Assembly (NCBI GenBank): GCA_001798185.1
Contig: MGRM01000012.1
Span: 88,120 to 152,119 of the forward strand
Direction of reading: 5' to 3'
Length of the DNA: 64,000 nucleotides
From: Deltaproteobacteria bacterium RIFCSPHIGHO2_02_FULL_44_16
GTDB lineage: Bacteria > UBA10199 > 2-02-FULL-44-16
The first letter of the stretch is position 1; each line of letters opens with the position of its first letter. This document shows positions 1-10,150 of this stretch, piece after piece. Position numbers and translations under genes: made by a program. A model generated the notes under the pieces. The model saw nothing but the letters and a program-made list of their open reading frames with translations, was not told the origin of the DNA and did not search any database.

Positions 1-62
1 CCAAGCATGAAACAGGTTGAAGTCATGCTTCAAGAAGGAAAAAAACATATCGGATTATAACG

Positions 63-1190
63 ATGACGATTACTTTTACATCACAACCAAAACCAACGAT
101 CGGCGTTGAACTTGAAATCCAGCTGATCGACCGTGAAACAAAAAATCTTTCGCGCGCTGCAGTGCAAATCCTTCAAAAAGCATCCAAATTGCCACACTTT
201 CATATCAAGGCTGAACTGACAGAAGCGATGATCGAAGTGAATACCGATATTTGTCAGAACATTCGTGAAGTGGAAAAAAGCTTGCGAAAACAATGTGCAA
301 AACTGCGAGAAATTGTCGAACCGTTAGGGGTTGAACTCGCTTCTGCAGGAACACATCCCTTTCAGGATTGGCGTGAACGACGTGTCGTGCCAACGACGCG
401 TCATCTTTCGATTCTTGAAAAATATCAATGGCTCGCGCGGCGCTGGACAACTTTTGGAATGCATGTGCATGTCGGCGTTCGTGATGGTGAACGCGCCATC
501 CACATCCTCAATGTCCTTATCTCCTATCTCCCCCATCTTCTGGCACTTTCTGCAAGCTCTCCCTTTTGGGGAGGCACTGACACGGGACTTGCTTCAAGCA
601 GAATGGCGGTTCTTGAATCATTTCCAACAGGAGGACTTCCCTATTATTTTCCTGACTGGAAAGGTTTTCAAAAATACTATGAAACCCTCATAGCAACAGG
701 AGCTATCGGATCCATCAAGGATCTCTACTGGGACATTCGTCCTCACTTTGATTTCGGCACTCTGGAAATACGTGTATGTGATGGTCTCCCGACATTTCGC
801 GAAACTCTTGCCCTTGTTGCACTCATCCACTGTCTCGTTGTCTGGATTGATGATGGACTCGATCGTCAACTTCGATCTCCTCACATTCATATGCAGCAAT
901 ATTGGCTCGCACCTGAAAACAAGTGGCAAGCGACACGCTATGGTCTCGATGGAATGATTGTCGCCCAAGAGAGCAGCGAACGTATGCAAATACGCGATGC
1001 CGTGAAGCTTCTTTTGCAAGAACTCAATCCCATTGCGCAATCGCTTCATTGTGTAGATGAGCTGGAATCAATTTTTGAAATACTGGAATCAGGTCCAAGC
1101 GCGGTACGTCAACGTCAAATATTTGCAAAAACAGGATCGCATCGAAACATTGTTGAATCTTTGATCAAGGAATTTCAGCAAGAAAGATAA
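63..1190 (+). CDS. ybdK: carboxylate-amine ligase, glutamate-cysteine ligase family 2 (YbdK-like)
   Basis: 375-aa ORF with GCS2-family motifs (GVELEIQLID, GTHPF, GMHVHVGV); length typical of the family. Confidence 0.75.
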   Translation: MTITFTSQPKPTIGVELEIQLIDRETKNLSRAAVQILQKASKLPHFHIKAELTEAMIEVNTDICQNIREVEKSLRKQCAKLREIVEPLGVELASAGTHPFQDWRERRVVPTTRHLSILEKYQWLARRWTTFGMHVHVGVRDGERAIHILNVLISYLPHLLALSASSPFWGGTDTGLASSRMAVLESFPTGGLPYYFPDWKGFQKYYETLIATGAIGSIKDLYWDIRPHFDFGTLEIRVCDGLPTFRETLALVALIHCLVVWIDDGLDRQLRSPHIHMQQYWLAPENKWQATRYGLDGMIVAQESSERMQIRDAVKLLLQELNPIAQSLHCVDELESIFEILESGPSAVRQRQIFAKTGSHRNIVESLIKEFQQER

Positions 1191-1307
1191 ATTACGGTAG
1201 AGGAGAAGTTCCTCCGGATTCCGTAGCAAGGACACATGGTATGCTGAAGCTCCAACCAAGACGCAAGTAGAGAAGATGCTTCTTTTTAGAAAAGATATCT
1301 TGGGAAT

Positions 1308-2759
1308 TTAATTTTGTGGTGGGATCATAGGGGTACTCTTCAACCGAGTTCGTTCTTCATAAATTGGCTTTATCTGCGGCACAGCGCCTCTGGCGAGCAT
1401 ACTATTCCGCACTGCTTGGAAGACCATTATATGGAGATCTTCTATATTTGCATCTTCTTCACTTGCAAGGCGTTTTGCTTTGACCATCCATACATCCGAA
1501 ACTTGCATCAGAAGCCATCGTGCATTACGGATTTCTTCCGGTTGAAATGGCACTCTGATGGTATCAATAAATGGCCGCATAATTTCTTCAAATTCCATAT
1601 TCGTAAGATTTGCTCCTGATCTTTGATAATACGCATATTGAAGATAGGGAAGATAACCACGTTGCATGACTATTGTTTCTGCATTGCGGATTTCAATATC
1701 CTCCGAAGGATCTATACCAAAAGCTCCAGCAGCAGCGAAGAAGGCAAAATAGGCTTGTTCATAATGTACTAATAAATTTCTGTGTTGATTTAATACCGCT
1801 TGATGACGACTCACTTCCATTTGATACTGCAAGACATTACCTGTGTCAGTGTCCAAAGAAGTAGGAAGACGCTTCAGATCATCTACTCTATTAACCATTC
1901 TTTCGAAACTGAGCATCGCACTTGATGTTTCAATCACTTTCGCAAGAGCAATGACTTTGACCCTCTGATTCCAATACTCTCGAGCCTTGTGAACGGCAGA
2001 AAAAACGAGCTCAGCACTCACTCGAAAATAAGCATCTGATTCATAACCATTACATCTTCTAAAATTATCAAAACCAATGTCTGATGTGCTGGAAAAACCA
2101 TACAATCGACGCATTAATTCGACCAAACAGGCTTTATAAGGATTATGTTGCTCTGGAATTTTCGTTCTCAAAATCCATGTTGTATTTTCATCTTCATCTT
2201 GAAGCGTGCCATATGCTGAGGCACGTACGTTTTCTAGCCGGGTTTCGTCGTTTTCTGAAGGGACCTCGATATGGAATGCATCCATTGCGGATAAAAGTGC
2301 AGCATGGGTTGTATCAATAACAATACCATCTCTTCTTGCATTGAGAGCAAGTGTTGAAAGATCAGCGATAATACTAGCATGTGATTCAGGATGAACCACT
2401 TTCACATACAAAGCTTGATAGCGTTCAATATATTTTCTCAATGCTTCAGGAGTTGTTTCAGGACGCAGATCGCGGATGCCGTGCTGCCATAATAATTTTC
2501 TGGCTTCGTCTATATAATCAATGTTGACGATATCATTGAGATATTGTGGCGCTGTCGATGTGACGATTGGTGACAAAAAATTCCGAATATCTTCAGTCTC
2601 AAAACAGAGGGGGAGATCATCTCTGCATACTTCGCCGTTTCGATTCGCAACAACACGAATAGCTCCCTGAGAAGTGTTGATTGTTGTAAACTCACCACTT
2701 GCGTAGCACATAAGAAACTCCTTCTTCACCCAAGTCTGTTTGATCGTCTCATCTCTCAA
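1308..2759 (-). CDS. hypothetical protein (483 aa), convergent with ybdK
   Basis: long uninterrupted ORF; no family recognisable by eye. Confidence 0.45.
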   Translation of the reverse strand: MRDETIKQTWVKKEFLMCYASGEFTTINTSQGAIRVVANRNGEVCRDDLPLCFETEDIRNFLSPIVTSTAPQYLNDIVNIDYIDEARKLLWQHGIRDLRPETTPEALRKYIERYQALYVKVVHPESHASIIADLSTLALNARRDGIVIDTTHAALLSAMDAFHIEVPSENDETRLENVRASAYGTLQDEDENTTWILRTKIPEQHNPYKACLVELMRRLYGFSSTSDIGFDNFRRCNGYESDAYFRVSAELVFSAVHKAREYWNQRVKVIALAKVIETSSAMLSFERMVNRVDDLKRLPTSLDTDTGNVLQYQMEVSRHQAVLNQHRNLLVHYEQAYFAFFAAAGAFGIDPSEDIEIRNAETIVMQRGYLPYLQYAYYQRSGANLTNMEFEEIMRPFIDTIRVPFQPEEIRNARWLLMQVSDVWMVKAKRLASEEDANIEDLHIMVFQAVRNSMLARGAVPQIKPIYEERTRLKSTPMIPPQN

Positions 2760-2864
2760 AAGGTTGCTTCCTTATTGATTCCTTGTTGATGAGATGAACA
2801 AGAGCTTGATTGCAATTCATGAGTGATTCTGTTTGGATACTCTGTTTTCGCCAGGGAGAAGGAT

Positions 2865-5744
2865 ATGCGCCAGGAACTGGTCATCCGAGGGGCCCGGATG
2901 CACAATTTAAAAAATATCGATGTGACGATTCCGAAGAATAAACTCGTGGTCATTACAGGGCTTTCCGGGTCAGGGAAGTCGTCACTTGCCTTTGACACCA
3001 TCTATGCCGAAGGCCAGCGGCGCTATGTCGAATCGGTCTCAGCCTATGCTCGCCAATTCTTGGAGCAGATGGAAAAACCCGACGTCGACTCTATCGAAGG
3101 ACTCTCCCCTGCGATTTCGATCGAACAGCGCACAAGTTCCCGAAATCCTCGCTCAACGGTCGGTACCTCTACTGAAATTTATGACTATCTCCGTGTTCTC
3201 TTTGCTCGTGCGGGTCGGCCCCATTGTTACAAATGCGGACGTGCGATTCAGGCACAAACAGTTTCACAAATGATCGATCAGATTTTAAAACTCCCTTCAG
3301 GAACAAAGATCGGAATTTTAGCTCCGATCGTACGCGGCAGAAAGGGCGAATATACGAAGGATCTTGAACGACTGGCCCGACAGGGCTTTGTACGGGCGCG
3401 CGTTGATGGCAATGTGGTGTCACTCGATCAAAAAATCACGATCGATAAAAAGAAAAAACATAACATCGATCTTTATGTCGATCGGCTCGTGATTAAAGAT
3501 GATATCACCACGCGTCTTGCCGATTCTCTTGAAACTGCTCTCGGTCAAGGCGAAGGGCTTGTGAAGATTGAACTGATAAGCAATGCTGTCATTCCCGCGA
3601 AGGCGGGAATCTCAAAAAATTCACTGGATCCCCGCTTACGCGAGGATGACAATCAAGAAATTCTTTTCTCCGCAAAACATGCGTGTGCTTATTGTGGGCT
3701 CAGTTATCCCGAAATTAATCCTCAACTCTTTTCGTTCAACAGTCCTCGTGGAGCTTGCCCAGCTTGCGAAGGTCTTGGGACGCGACTCTATTTCGATCCG
3801 AATCTCGTCATTCCCAACCACAACCTTTCACTTCGCGAAGGAGCGATTGCGCCATGGCGAACAAAAGCTTCAACAGCCTATATTAATCTCTGCGAAGCGC
3901 TCGCAAAGCATTATGGATTCGATATTCGCACGGCATTTGCCAAACTTCCTCCTCACATTCAAAATGCGATTCTTATGGGTTCGGGGGAAGAAGAAATTAC
4001 CTTTGCCTTTGAAGGGACAGAACGAGAAAAAATAAAAACACGTTTTGAAGGAATCATTCCTCAACTCGAACGACGATGGAAAGAGACAAGCTCCATGGAC
4101 ATTCGTGAAGAACTCGAATGTTTTATGAATCGTCGTCCCTGTCCTACGTGCCAAGGAACTCGTCTTCGTCCTGAAGGAAGAAGTATTCTTATTGGTGGAA
4201 AAAACATTTCACACGTCACGGCATTTTCTATTCGCGAATGCATGCGTTTTATTTCGACGCTTGACCTCACCAAAAAAGAGGCAACGATTGCGGAAAAAGT
4301 TTTAAAAGAGATTCGTGAACGTCTCGGTTTTCTGATTGATGTGGGACTTGACTATCTCACACTCGATCGCACAAGTGGAACACTTTCAGGAGGAGAAGAT
4401 CAACGCATTCGACTGGCAACGCAGATTGGATCTGCACTTACGGGTGTTCTCTATGTCCTTGATGAACCTTCGATTGGTCTTCATCAACGCGATAATGATC
4501 GTCTTCTTCAAACCATGAAACGATTACGCGATTTGGGAAATACGCTTATCGTCGTTGAACATGATCGCGACACCATGGAGCACGCTGATCATATTATTGA
4601 TCTCGGGCCTGAAGCGGGTGTGAGGGGGGGCTATGTCGTTGCCACCGGAACTCCGAGTGATATCAAACGAAATTCTAAATCGCTTACCGGACAATATCTC
4701 TCTGGAAAAAAGAAAATCGATGTTCCACGAGATCGTCGCACTTCTTTGCTGGACGAACTTATTATAAAAGGAGCACGCGAGCATAATCTCAAAAACATCG
4801 ATATTTGTATTCCCTTGGGAGTTCTTACCTGCGTCACCGGAGTCTCAGGCTCGGGAAAATCGACGCTTGTGAATGAAACCCTTTTACAAGGTCTGAAGCA
4901 AAGACTCGAACAATCCAAGGAAACCGCAGGAAAGGTAGATGACATCATTGGATGGCAGAAGCTCGATAAAGTCATTGATATCGATCAGTCTCCGATTGGC
5001 CGAACTCCTCGCTCCAATCCCGCAACCTATACGAGTATTTTTACGCATATCCGCGATCTCTTTGCAGAACTCCCTCAATCGAAAGCGCGCGGATATAAAC
5101 CAGGTCGGTTTTCTTTTAACGTCAAAGGGGGCCGATGCGAAGCGTGCGAAGGCGATGGCATCATTCGAATCGAAATGCATTTTCTCCCCGACGTGCATGT
5201 CGAGTGTGAAGTCTGCGCAGGAAAACGCTTTAATCGCGAAACACTCGAGGTTCATTATAAAGGATCTTCTATTGCAGATGTTTTAAGTATGACCGTGAAT
5301 CAAGCTTTTACTTTTTTTGAAAATATTCCGTCGATTCATCATAAACTTCAAACGCTCATCGATGTTGGCATGGGCTACATTGAGCTTGGCCAATCAGCCA
5401 CAACTCTTTCAGGCGGCGAAGCTCAGCGCATTAAGCTTTCGCGCGAACTTGCGCGACGCGCAACCGGGAGAACTCTTTATATCTTAGATGAACCAACAAC
5501 TGGTCTTCACTTTGATGATGTGCGAAAACTCCTCACTGTCCTCAACCGGCTTATCGATCAAGGAAATACTATTGTCGTCATTGAGCATAACCTTGACGTG
5601 ATCATGTCTGCTGATTACTGTATCGACTTGGGACCTGAAGGGGGAGAAAAAGGTGGCTTTCTCATCGCCACAGGAACACCTGAAGAGCTTGCTGCCCACC
5701 CTACTTCATATACCGGATTTTATTTACGAGAACTTCTTTCATGA
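2865..5744 (+). CDS. uvrA: excinuclease ABC subunit A (UvrA); carries an in-frame repeat insertion
   Basis: two ABC ATPase modules ([25 protein letters not shown]; LSGGE signature twice) and zinc-finger cysteines CxxC; start taken at [17 protein letters not shown]. Confidence 0.95.
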   Translation: MRQELVIRGARMHNLKNIDVTIPKNKLVVITGLSGSGKSSLAFDTIYAEGQRRYVESVSAYARQFLEQMEKPDVDSIEGLSPAISIEQRTSSRNPRSTVGTSTEIYDYLRVLFARAGRPHCYKCGRAIQAQTVSQMIDQILKLPSGTKIGILAPIVRGRKGEYTKDLERLARQGFVRARVDGNVVSLDQKITIDKKKKHNIDLYVDRLVIKDDITTRLADSLETALGQGEGLVKIELISNAVIPAKAGISKNSLDPRLREDDNQEILFSAKHACAYCGLSYPEINPQLFSFNSPRGACPACEGLGTRLYFDPNLVIPNHNLSLREGAIAPWRTKASTAYINLCEALAKHYGFDIRTAFAKLPPHIQNAILMGSGEEEITFAFEGTEREKIKTRFEGIIPQLERRWKETSSMDIREELECFMNRRPCPTCQGTRLRPEGRSILIGGKNISHVTAFSIRECMRFISTLDLTKKEATIAEKVLKEIRERLGFLIDVGLDYLTLDRTSGTLSGGEDQRIRLATQIGSALTGVLYVLDEPSIGLHQRDNDRLLQTMKRLRDLGNTLIVVEHDRDTMEHADHIIDLGPEAGVRGGYVVATGTPSDIKRNSKSLTGQYLSGKKKIDVPRDRRTSLLDELIIKGAREHNLKNIDICIPLGVLTCVTGVSGSGKSTLVNETLLQGLKQRLEQSKETAGKVDDIIGWQKLDKVIDIDQSPIGRTPRSNPATYTSIFTHIRDLFAELPQSKARGYKPGRFSFNVKGGRCEACEGDGIIRIEMHFLPDVHVECEVCAGKRFNRETLEVHYKGSSIADVLSMTVNQAFTFFENIPSIHHKLQTLIDVGMGYIELGQSATTLSGGEAQRIKLSRELARRATGRTLYILDEPTTGLHFDDVRKLLTVLNRLIDQGNTIVVIEHNLDVIMSADYCIDLGPEGGEKGGFLIATGTPEELAAHPTSYTGFYLRELLS
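3588..3651. repeat. family-1 double-hairpin MITE-like element, inserted in-frame inside uvrA
   Basis: GTCATTCCCGCGAAGGCGGGAATC...GGATCCCCGCTTACGCGAGGATGACA; same element as the intergenic copies; adds the peptide [21 protein letters not shown]. Confidence 0.8.
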
Positions 5745-6697
5745 AACATTTTCTTGCGCTCATGACTTTTCTTTGTCTATGCAACCGACCTCTCATGGCT
5801 TCTACGGAACTTCGACAATTCGTTCAAGAAGCCGCGCTGACAGATGGATCTCTTCTTGAAATCACCATTGTCGATAATGCATCAGAAGAACAACGCGCCA
5901 ACACCACTATTGACCGCGCTCTTGCAGCGATTCGAAAACTCGATCAGGACTTCGGGGCTGCGCCCGCTGCTGCGACGGGAAACTTACATGATCAACTCAA
6001 TCATTTAAAGCCACATACCCCTTTGAAACTCCCCGAAGGTTATTTTCTTCTCTTTGAACAAGCCATTGAACTCGCAAAACTGACCAACGGATGGTTTGAC
6101 ATTACCGCTCCTTCAAAAAAAGGAATTTTTGTTCAGCGCGATTATCGTCGCGTTGAGCTACGTCCCGCTTCATCTGAAATGGTGCTCACCAAAAAACATC
6201 TCAAATTTGATCTTCGTTGGCTTCTCTCTGGAACAGCGTGCGATGCAGCGCTTGCGATCATTCAAGAAGCGGGTTTTCAGCGAGCGGAAGTGAAGGTGGG
6301 ACCTGTCTCCAAACATATCGGCCGAGATATTCACACGCCATGGGGACTTCAGATCGATATCCCAGGAGTTCAAGATGCGTATGCGCATCGAGCTTTTCAG
6401 TATCGCTTGTCGGATATTGCTGTCGCACAACTTATTCCTGAAAAAATAACTCCTCCTCTGATCGATCCAAAAACAAAAAATCCGGTGAAGGGACAAGTCA
6501 AAAGCATTACGGTGATGGCCAAAGATGCGCTCCATGCCATTGCGTTTGCAGTCGCAATAGCGCCCTTCGATGCTCTCACCGGTATTCGCTATCTTGAAAA
6601 ATTTCCAGGGCTCGAAGGAATTATTGTAGATCAAACAGGAGCACTTTTTATTTCTGAAGGATTGAAACAAAATGAGAAAAAGGAGAAACCAAAATGA
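5741..6697 (+). CDS. apbE: FAD:protein FMN transferase (ApbE family) lipoprotein
   Basis: signal peptide with a lipobox-like Cys; conserved IDPKT/IDPRT motif ([12 protein letters not shown]) followed by SITVMAKDA..; start overlaps the uvrA stop (ATGA). Confidence 0.65.
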   Translation: MKHFLALMTFLCLCNRPLMASTELRQFVQEAALTDGSLLEITIVDNASEEQRANTTIDRALAAIRKLDQDFGAAPAAATGNLHDQLNHLKPHTPLKLPEGYFLLFEQAIELAKLTNGWFDITAPSKKGIFVQRDYRRVELRPASSEMVLTKKHLKFDLRWLLSGTACDAALAIIQEAGFQRAEVKVGPVSKHIGRDIHTPWGLQIDIPGVQDAYAHRAFQYRLSDIAVAQLIPEKITPPLIDPKTKNPVKGQVKSITVMAKDALHAIAFAVAIAPFDALTGIRYLEKFPGLEGIIVDQTGALFISEGLKQNEKKEKPK

Positions 6698-6720
6698 AAC
6701 TTCTGAAAAATCACCGAGAA

Positions 6721-6806
6721 GTCATTGCGAGGAGCGTAAGCTCCGAAGCAATCTCCTGGAGATGCTCTGCTCGGGAGATCGCCACGCCCTTCGGGCTCGC
6801 GATGAC
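6721..6806. repeat. family-3 repeat, copy a (inverted orientation)
   Basis: reverse complement of GTCATCGCGAGCCCGAAGGGCGTGGCGATCTC...CTCGCAATGAC; its terminal ...GCGATGACA supplies the ATG of the downstream apbE paralog. Confidence 0.75.
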
Positions 6807-7731
6807 ACTCACTCGGACTTTTTTCAGAGGTATCTGCGCGTTAATCCTTCCTTTGCTATGGCTCTCTTTCTCATCATCTGCACACGCCCAAACAACAGAA
6901 GACATACGACAAATGAGTCGCCGCTTTGAAATCGGAAACTCTCAAGGGGCCATCATCATTTTAGGCTATGTCAAAGATCAGGCAACGATCGAGAAAATTC
7001 TCGAAATCGCAGCAGGTGAAGCAAAACGCCTTCATGAAATCATCGACTGGAAAAATCCCCAAAGCGAAGTCGCTCGTTTAAATCAAGTCAGTGGTTCCAA
7101 ATTTTATCCGGTGAGCAAAGAAGTGCTGAATATTTTTAAAGCTGCGGCCAGACTTTCCGAATGGACCGAAGGCGCTTTTGATATTGCCGCAGAGTCTCCG
7201 GTAGGCACGTATGAAAATATTAAACTCGATGAAAAAGGTTCGCGCGTACGTCTTCAAAAGAAAAAAATGACGGTTCGTTTCGACGCTATTTTTGATGGCT
7301 ATCTTGCCGATTACCTTATTCGCTATCTTTATGGAGCTGGCATCCATCATGCGATGGTCAAGGTAGGAAATACATTTCGTGGAGTAGGACGTTCGCTCAA
7401 CGGTCCCTGGCGCATTCAAGTTCAGGATGATGAAGGAACCTATGCGCATCGCGCCATGAAACTCACCGTTGGCAACGCAGGTGTTGCTACCGTCAGCGCA
7501 GCTCAGTTTCGCCAAACTCCTCCGATCGATCCCAGAACAAAGCAATCTCTTCCTGTCTGTTGCAAAGGGGCCACGGTTGCAATGAAGGAAGCCGCTCTCG
7601 CGCAAGGCATGGCATACACCATGTTTATCTTAGGTCCTCAAGGCGGTGTTGTTCTCATGGAGCAACTCGGTAATGCCAAAGGCATGGTCGCCGATAATGA
7701 AGGAAAATTTGTGAAAACGAGCGGGTTTTAA
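6802..7731 (+). CDS. FAD:protein FMN transferase (ApbE family) paralog
   Basis: signal peptide (LILPLLWLSFSSSAHA); IDPRTKQS motif; ATVAMKEAALA..; tandem paralog of the upstream gene. The long ORF start at 6694 reads through the repeat and was trimmed. Confidence 0.6.
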   Translation: MTLTRTFFRGICALILPLLWLSFSSSAHAQTTEDIRQMSRRFEIGNSQGAIIILGYVKDQATIEKILEIAAGEAKRLHEIIDWKNPQSEVARLNQVSGSKFYPVSKEVLNIFKAAARLSEWTEGAFDIAAESPVGTYENIKLDEKGSRVRLQKKKMTVRFDAIFDGYLADYLIRYLYGAGIHHAMVKVGNTFRGVGRSLNGPWRIQVQDDEGTYAHRAMKLTVGNAGVATVSAAQFRQTPPIDPRTKQSLPVCCKGATVAMKEAALAQGMAYTMFILGPQGGVVLMEQLGNAKGMVADNEGKFVKTSGF

Positions 7732-7743
7732 ACCTCTCTCCTC

Positions 7744-7772
7744 TTGACGTAGTGTACACTTTTCTGTATACT
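7744..7772 (+). promoter_or_regulatory. sigma70-like promoter with an embedded palindromic operator, upstream of the phd/relE pair
   Basis: TTGACG, 17-nt spacer, TATACT; a 10-bp perfect palindrome AGTGTACACT lies in the spacer; AGGAGG RBS before the ATG at 7796. Confidence 0.6.
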
Positions 7773-7795
7773 CTCAGACGACGCCAGGAGGAACC

Positions 7796-8068
7796 ATGTA
7801 TCACTATATTACGCTTAAAGAGTTGCGACCAAAGCTTCCCAAAGTGATTGAAAAGATTGACACAGCCCTTGAACGCTACATTATTTCCAAGCATGGAGAG
7901 CCTATTGCGATTCTTCTCGCACTCGACGATTTCGAAAGTCTTCTTGAGACTCTCAATGAACAAGAAGATAAAGAAAATTTAAAACGCATTCGAAAAGGGA
8001 TTCAAGAAGCTAAAAAAGGTAAAACCGTTGATTGGAAAAGCGTGAAGAAAAAATATCATCTTTCTTAA
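7796..8068 (+). CDS. Phd/YefM-family antitoxin
   Basis: 90 aa; YefM-like N-terminus (ITLKELRPKLPKVIEKI...ISKHGEPIAILLALDDFESLLETL). Confidence 0.7.
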   Translation: MYHYITLKELRPKLPKVIEKIDTALERYIISKHGEPIAILLALDDFESLLETLNEQEDKENLKRIRKGIQEAKKGKTVDWKSVKKKYHLS

Positions 8069-8084
8069 AGCATGTTTAAAGAGT

Positions 8085-8174
8085 GTCATCGCGAGCCCGG
8101 AGGGCGTGGCGATCTCTAGCAATCACTGTCTGCAGGAGATTGCTTCGTCGCTAACGCTCCTCGCAATGACATAC
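8085..8174. repeat. family-3 repeat, copy b, between the antitoxin and toxin genes
   Basis: GTCATCGCGAGCCCGGAGGGCGTGGCGATCTC...GATTGCTTCGTCGC...CTCGCAATGACATAC with terminal inverted repeats of about 11 bp. Confidence 0.75.
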
Positions 8175-8206
8175 TAGGATTTGCAAACCAACTCTAAGGA
8201 CAGCGT

Positions 8207-8467
8207 GTGTATATCCTCGAACTCACCCGACAAGCAGAGAAAGCATTCGATGTCCTCATGCATGCGCAACCCCACATGGGAAAACGGGTCGCGATTGCCC
8301 TTGATCATCTCGCCAAAGACCCAGAAATAGGTATTCCTCTTCGAGGAGTATTGAAAGGATATTACAAATATCGCGTTGGCACGTATCGGATTATTTACGA
8401 GATTCAAAAGTCAAAACTGCTTGTCATTGTCATCGACATCGGCCATCGAAAAGAGGTGTACCGTTAA
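8207..8467 (+). CDS. RelE/ParE-family toxin (GTG start)
   Basis: 86 aa; C-terminal YRIIYEI...LVIVIDIGHRKEVYR is typical of the RelE/ParE superfamily. Confidence 0.7.
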   Translation: MYILELTRQAEKAFDVLMHAQPHMGKRVAIALDHLAKDPEIGIPLRGVLKGYYKYRVGTYRIIYEIQKSKLLVIVIDIGHRKEVYR

Positions 8468-8732
8468 AAATCTCAACAAGTGGATTTTAAGAAAATAGTT
8501 CGAAAAGCCATAATAATAACCGGTTTCCTCTTCTTTCGATAACCACACGCGGCGGAGTGTATACTGCGGAGAAGCAGGTGGGACCTTGATGTGGTCGAGT
8601 GCATCGACCACATCGCGATCAGCGCTTCCACTTCCATGCGCAATCCAGACTCCACCTGTTGCCTTGAGCATAGGATCCAGGGCCGTGACGACGCCAGACG
8701 TTGGCGTGGTTACCGTAATTATTTTTTCAGGA

Positions 8733-8756
8733 GATCCCCGTTTTCACGGGGATGAC
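8733..8756. terminator. single family-1-like hairpin overlapping the hpt stop codon
   Basis: GATCCCCGTTTTCACGGGGATGAC hairpin resembling one arm of family 1. Confidence 0.4.
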
Positions 8757-9271
8757 GAAGAAGTAAAAGCGCCGATAAAAGGAAGCGACCGAAAAAGTCC
8801 CTCCGAGTCAAGTCCATATCCGATCACATAACGATCTGGAACTTCAAAGCCGATATAATCCACAAGCGTTCGACCTCCATTTCCGGTCTCTTTATACAGC
8901 AACGTTGCGACTTTGAGGGATTTTGGTTCTTTGTCTTTGAGATGCTTGATGAGATGACGAAGTGTGGAACCGGTATCGACAATATCTTCAATGAGAAGAA
9001 CATCTTTCCCCTGAATCGGTTGAGTGGTGTCAAATTCGAAGCGAATAATACCGGTGCTTCGATCATTTTTATAACTGGAGACGCGTAAAAAATCGCATGC
9101 AATCGGAAAAGAAAGAGCGCGAACAAGATCCGCCATAAAAATAAAAGCCCCCTTCAAGACTCCAATCACTACCAACTCTTTCCCTCGATATTCCTCTTCA
9201 ATTGCGCGAGAGAGTTCTTGAATGCGATGCGCAATTTCTTTTTCTGAAATGAGTATTTCAATTTCTTTCAT
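8744..9271 (-). CDS. hpt: hypoxanthine phosphoribosyltransferase
   Basis: PRTase motif LLIEDIVDTGSTL; ...YVIGYGLD...LPFIG C-terminus. Confidence 0.85.
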   Translation of the reverse strand: MKEIEILISEKEIAHRIQELSRAIEEEYRGKELVVIGVLKGAFIFMADLVRALSFPIACDFLRVSSYKNDRSTGIIRFEFDTTQPIQGKDVLLIEDIVDTGSTLRHLIKHLKDKEPKSLKVATLLYKETGNGGRTLVDYIGFEVPDRYVIGYGLDSEGLFRSLPFIGAFTSSSSP

Positions 9272-9978
9272 AAGGCATTCTCAGCAATCAACTTACAAAA
9301 AGTTTCAGCTGCAACTCTCATATTTTTTGCTCCGTACAACGCCCGACCGATAATGGCATGGAATTTCGAGCCTGCGGTTTCTGCTATCTGAACATAATCT
9401 CCTCCCTGAGCACCGATACCAGGAGCATAAAAAGAGGCATCAACACCTTCATCAGTGATGATTCGTCGGATATGACGAACGATCTCAAGTTTTGTTGCTG
9501 GAACGACAAAATCGGTAACACCGCAGCGAGCCGCAGTAAGATAGATTTTGTCGATCGCTTTATCATCGATCCAACCACCATCAGAAAGCGTATAAGCTTT
9601 GTGTGTCATCACCCCACCAACGATAACACCGAGTTCTTGTTCTCTCGCTGCTTCAATCCATGCTTTCTCGGTTTCAGGCCCTGCTTGAGGAAAAAAAATG
9701 ACCGCATCAATTCCCGCATCCTTGCACGTTTTCGCAAATGAAATACCGGTATCAGGAATATCAGTTCCAGCTTTTTGATGATCATAGATAAGGGGTTTGT
9801 CCGTATAACGGCGAGCGATCTCTACTGCCTTCGGAAGTCCAATCGAAAGTCCGAGCATGAATCCAATTTTATAAGCGCCGATTCCTGGAAGATCATGCGT
9901 TGCCTTGATCAGCGCCTCATATTGTATTACTGAAACATCACACGCTGGAATGATACTTCGATTTTGTTCGAGGATCAT
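9268..9978 (-). CDS. pyrF: orotidine 5'-phosphate decarboxylase
   Basis: KIGFMLGLS, DHQKAGTDIPDT, GIDAVIFFPQAG and APGIGAQGGD motifs match long-type OMP decarboxylase. Confidence 0.8.
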   Translation of the reverse strand: MILEQNRSIIPACDVSVIQYEALIKATHDLPGIGAYKIGFMLGLSIGLPKAVEIARRYTDKPLIYDHQKAGTDIPDTGISFAKTCKDAGIDAVIFFPQAGPETEKAWIEAAREQELGVIVGGVMTHKAYTLSDGGWIDDKAIDKIYLTAARCGVTDFVVPATKLEIVRHIRRIITDEGVDASFYAPGIGAQGGDYVQIAETAGSKFHAIIGRALYGAKNMRVAAETFCKLIAENAL

Positions 9979-10002
9979 AATGTTTCCTTAACAGAATATC
10001 GA

Positions 10003-10150
10003 AATGTCTCTCGGAGGCGTTGTCTCGCTACGGCAAAAATCCTCAGACGCCAGATTTTTGCCTGCGCTTCAGCCTGCCGGGTATTGAGGCTTCGTTTCCG
10101 GCGTCTGAAGACGCCGCTCGACAAACGCTTCCTGCGGCCATTTCGATATT
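10003..10150. repeat. family-2 ~150-bp structured element, copy a, intercistronic between pyrE and pyrF
   Basis: about 90% identical to 55402-55560; strong hairpins GGCAAAAATC..GATTTTTGCC and GGCGTCTGAAGACGCC. Confidence 0.75.

Noticed and set aside
331-1049. Internal or antisense ORFs inside ybdK, uvrA, purL, purF, addAB and others (many 60-170 aa entries in the ORF track)
   Set aside because: They lie wholly inside longer ORFs with clear family motifs and lack RBS support. They are frame or strand shadows.
10003-10150. Family-2 element as a purine, ZTP or PRPP riboswitch
   Set aside because: I cannot match it to the conserved cores of those riboswitches as I remember them. It is kept as an uncharacterised structured element, and an Infernal scan is needed.
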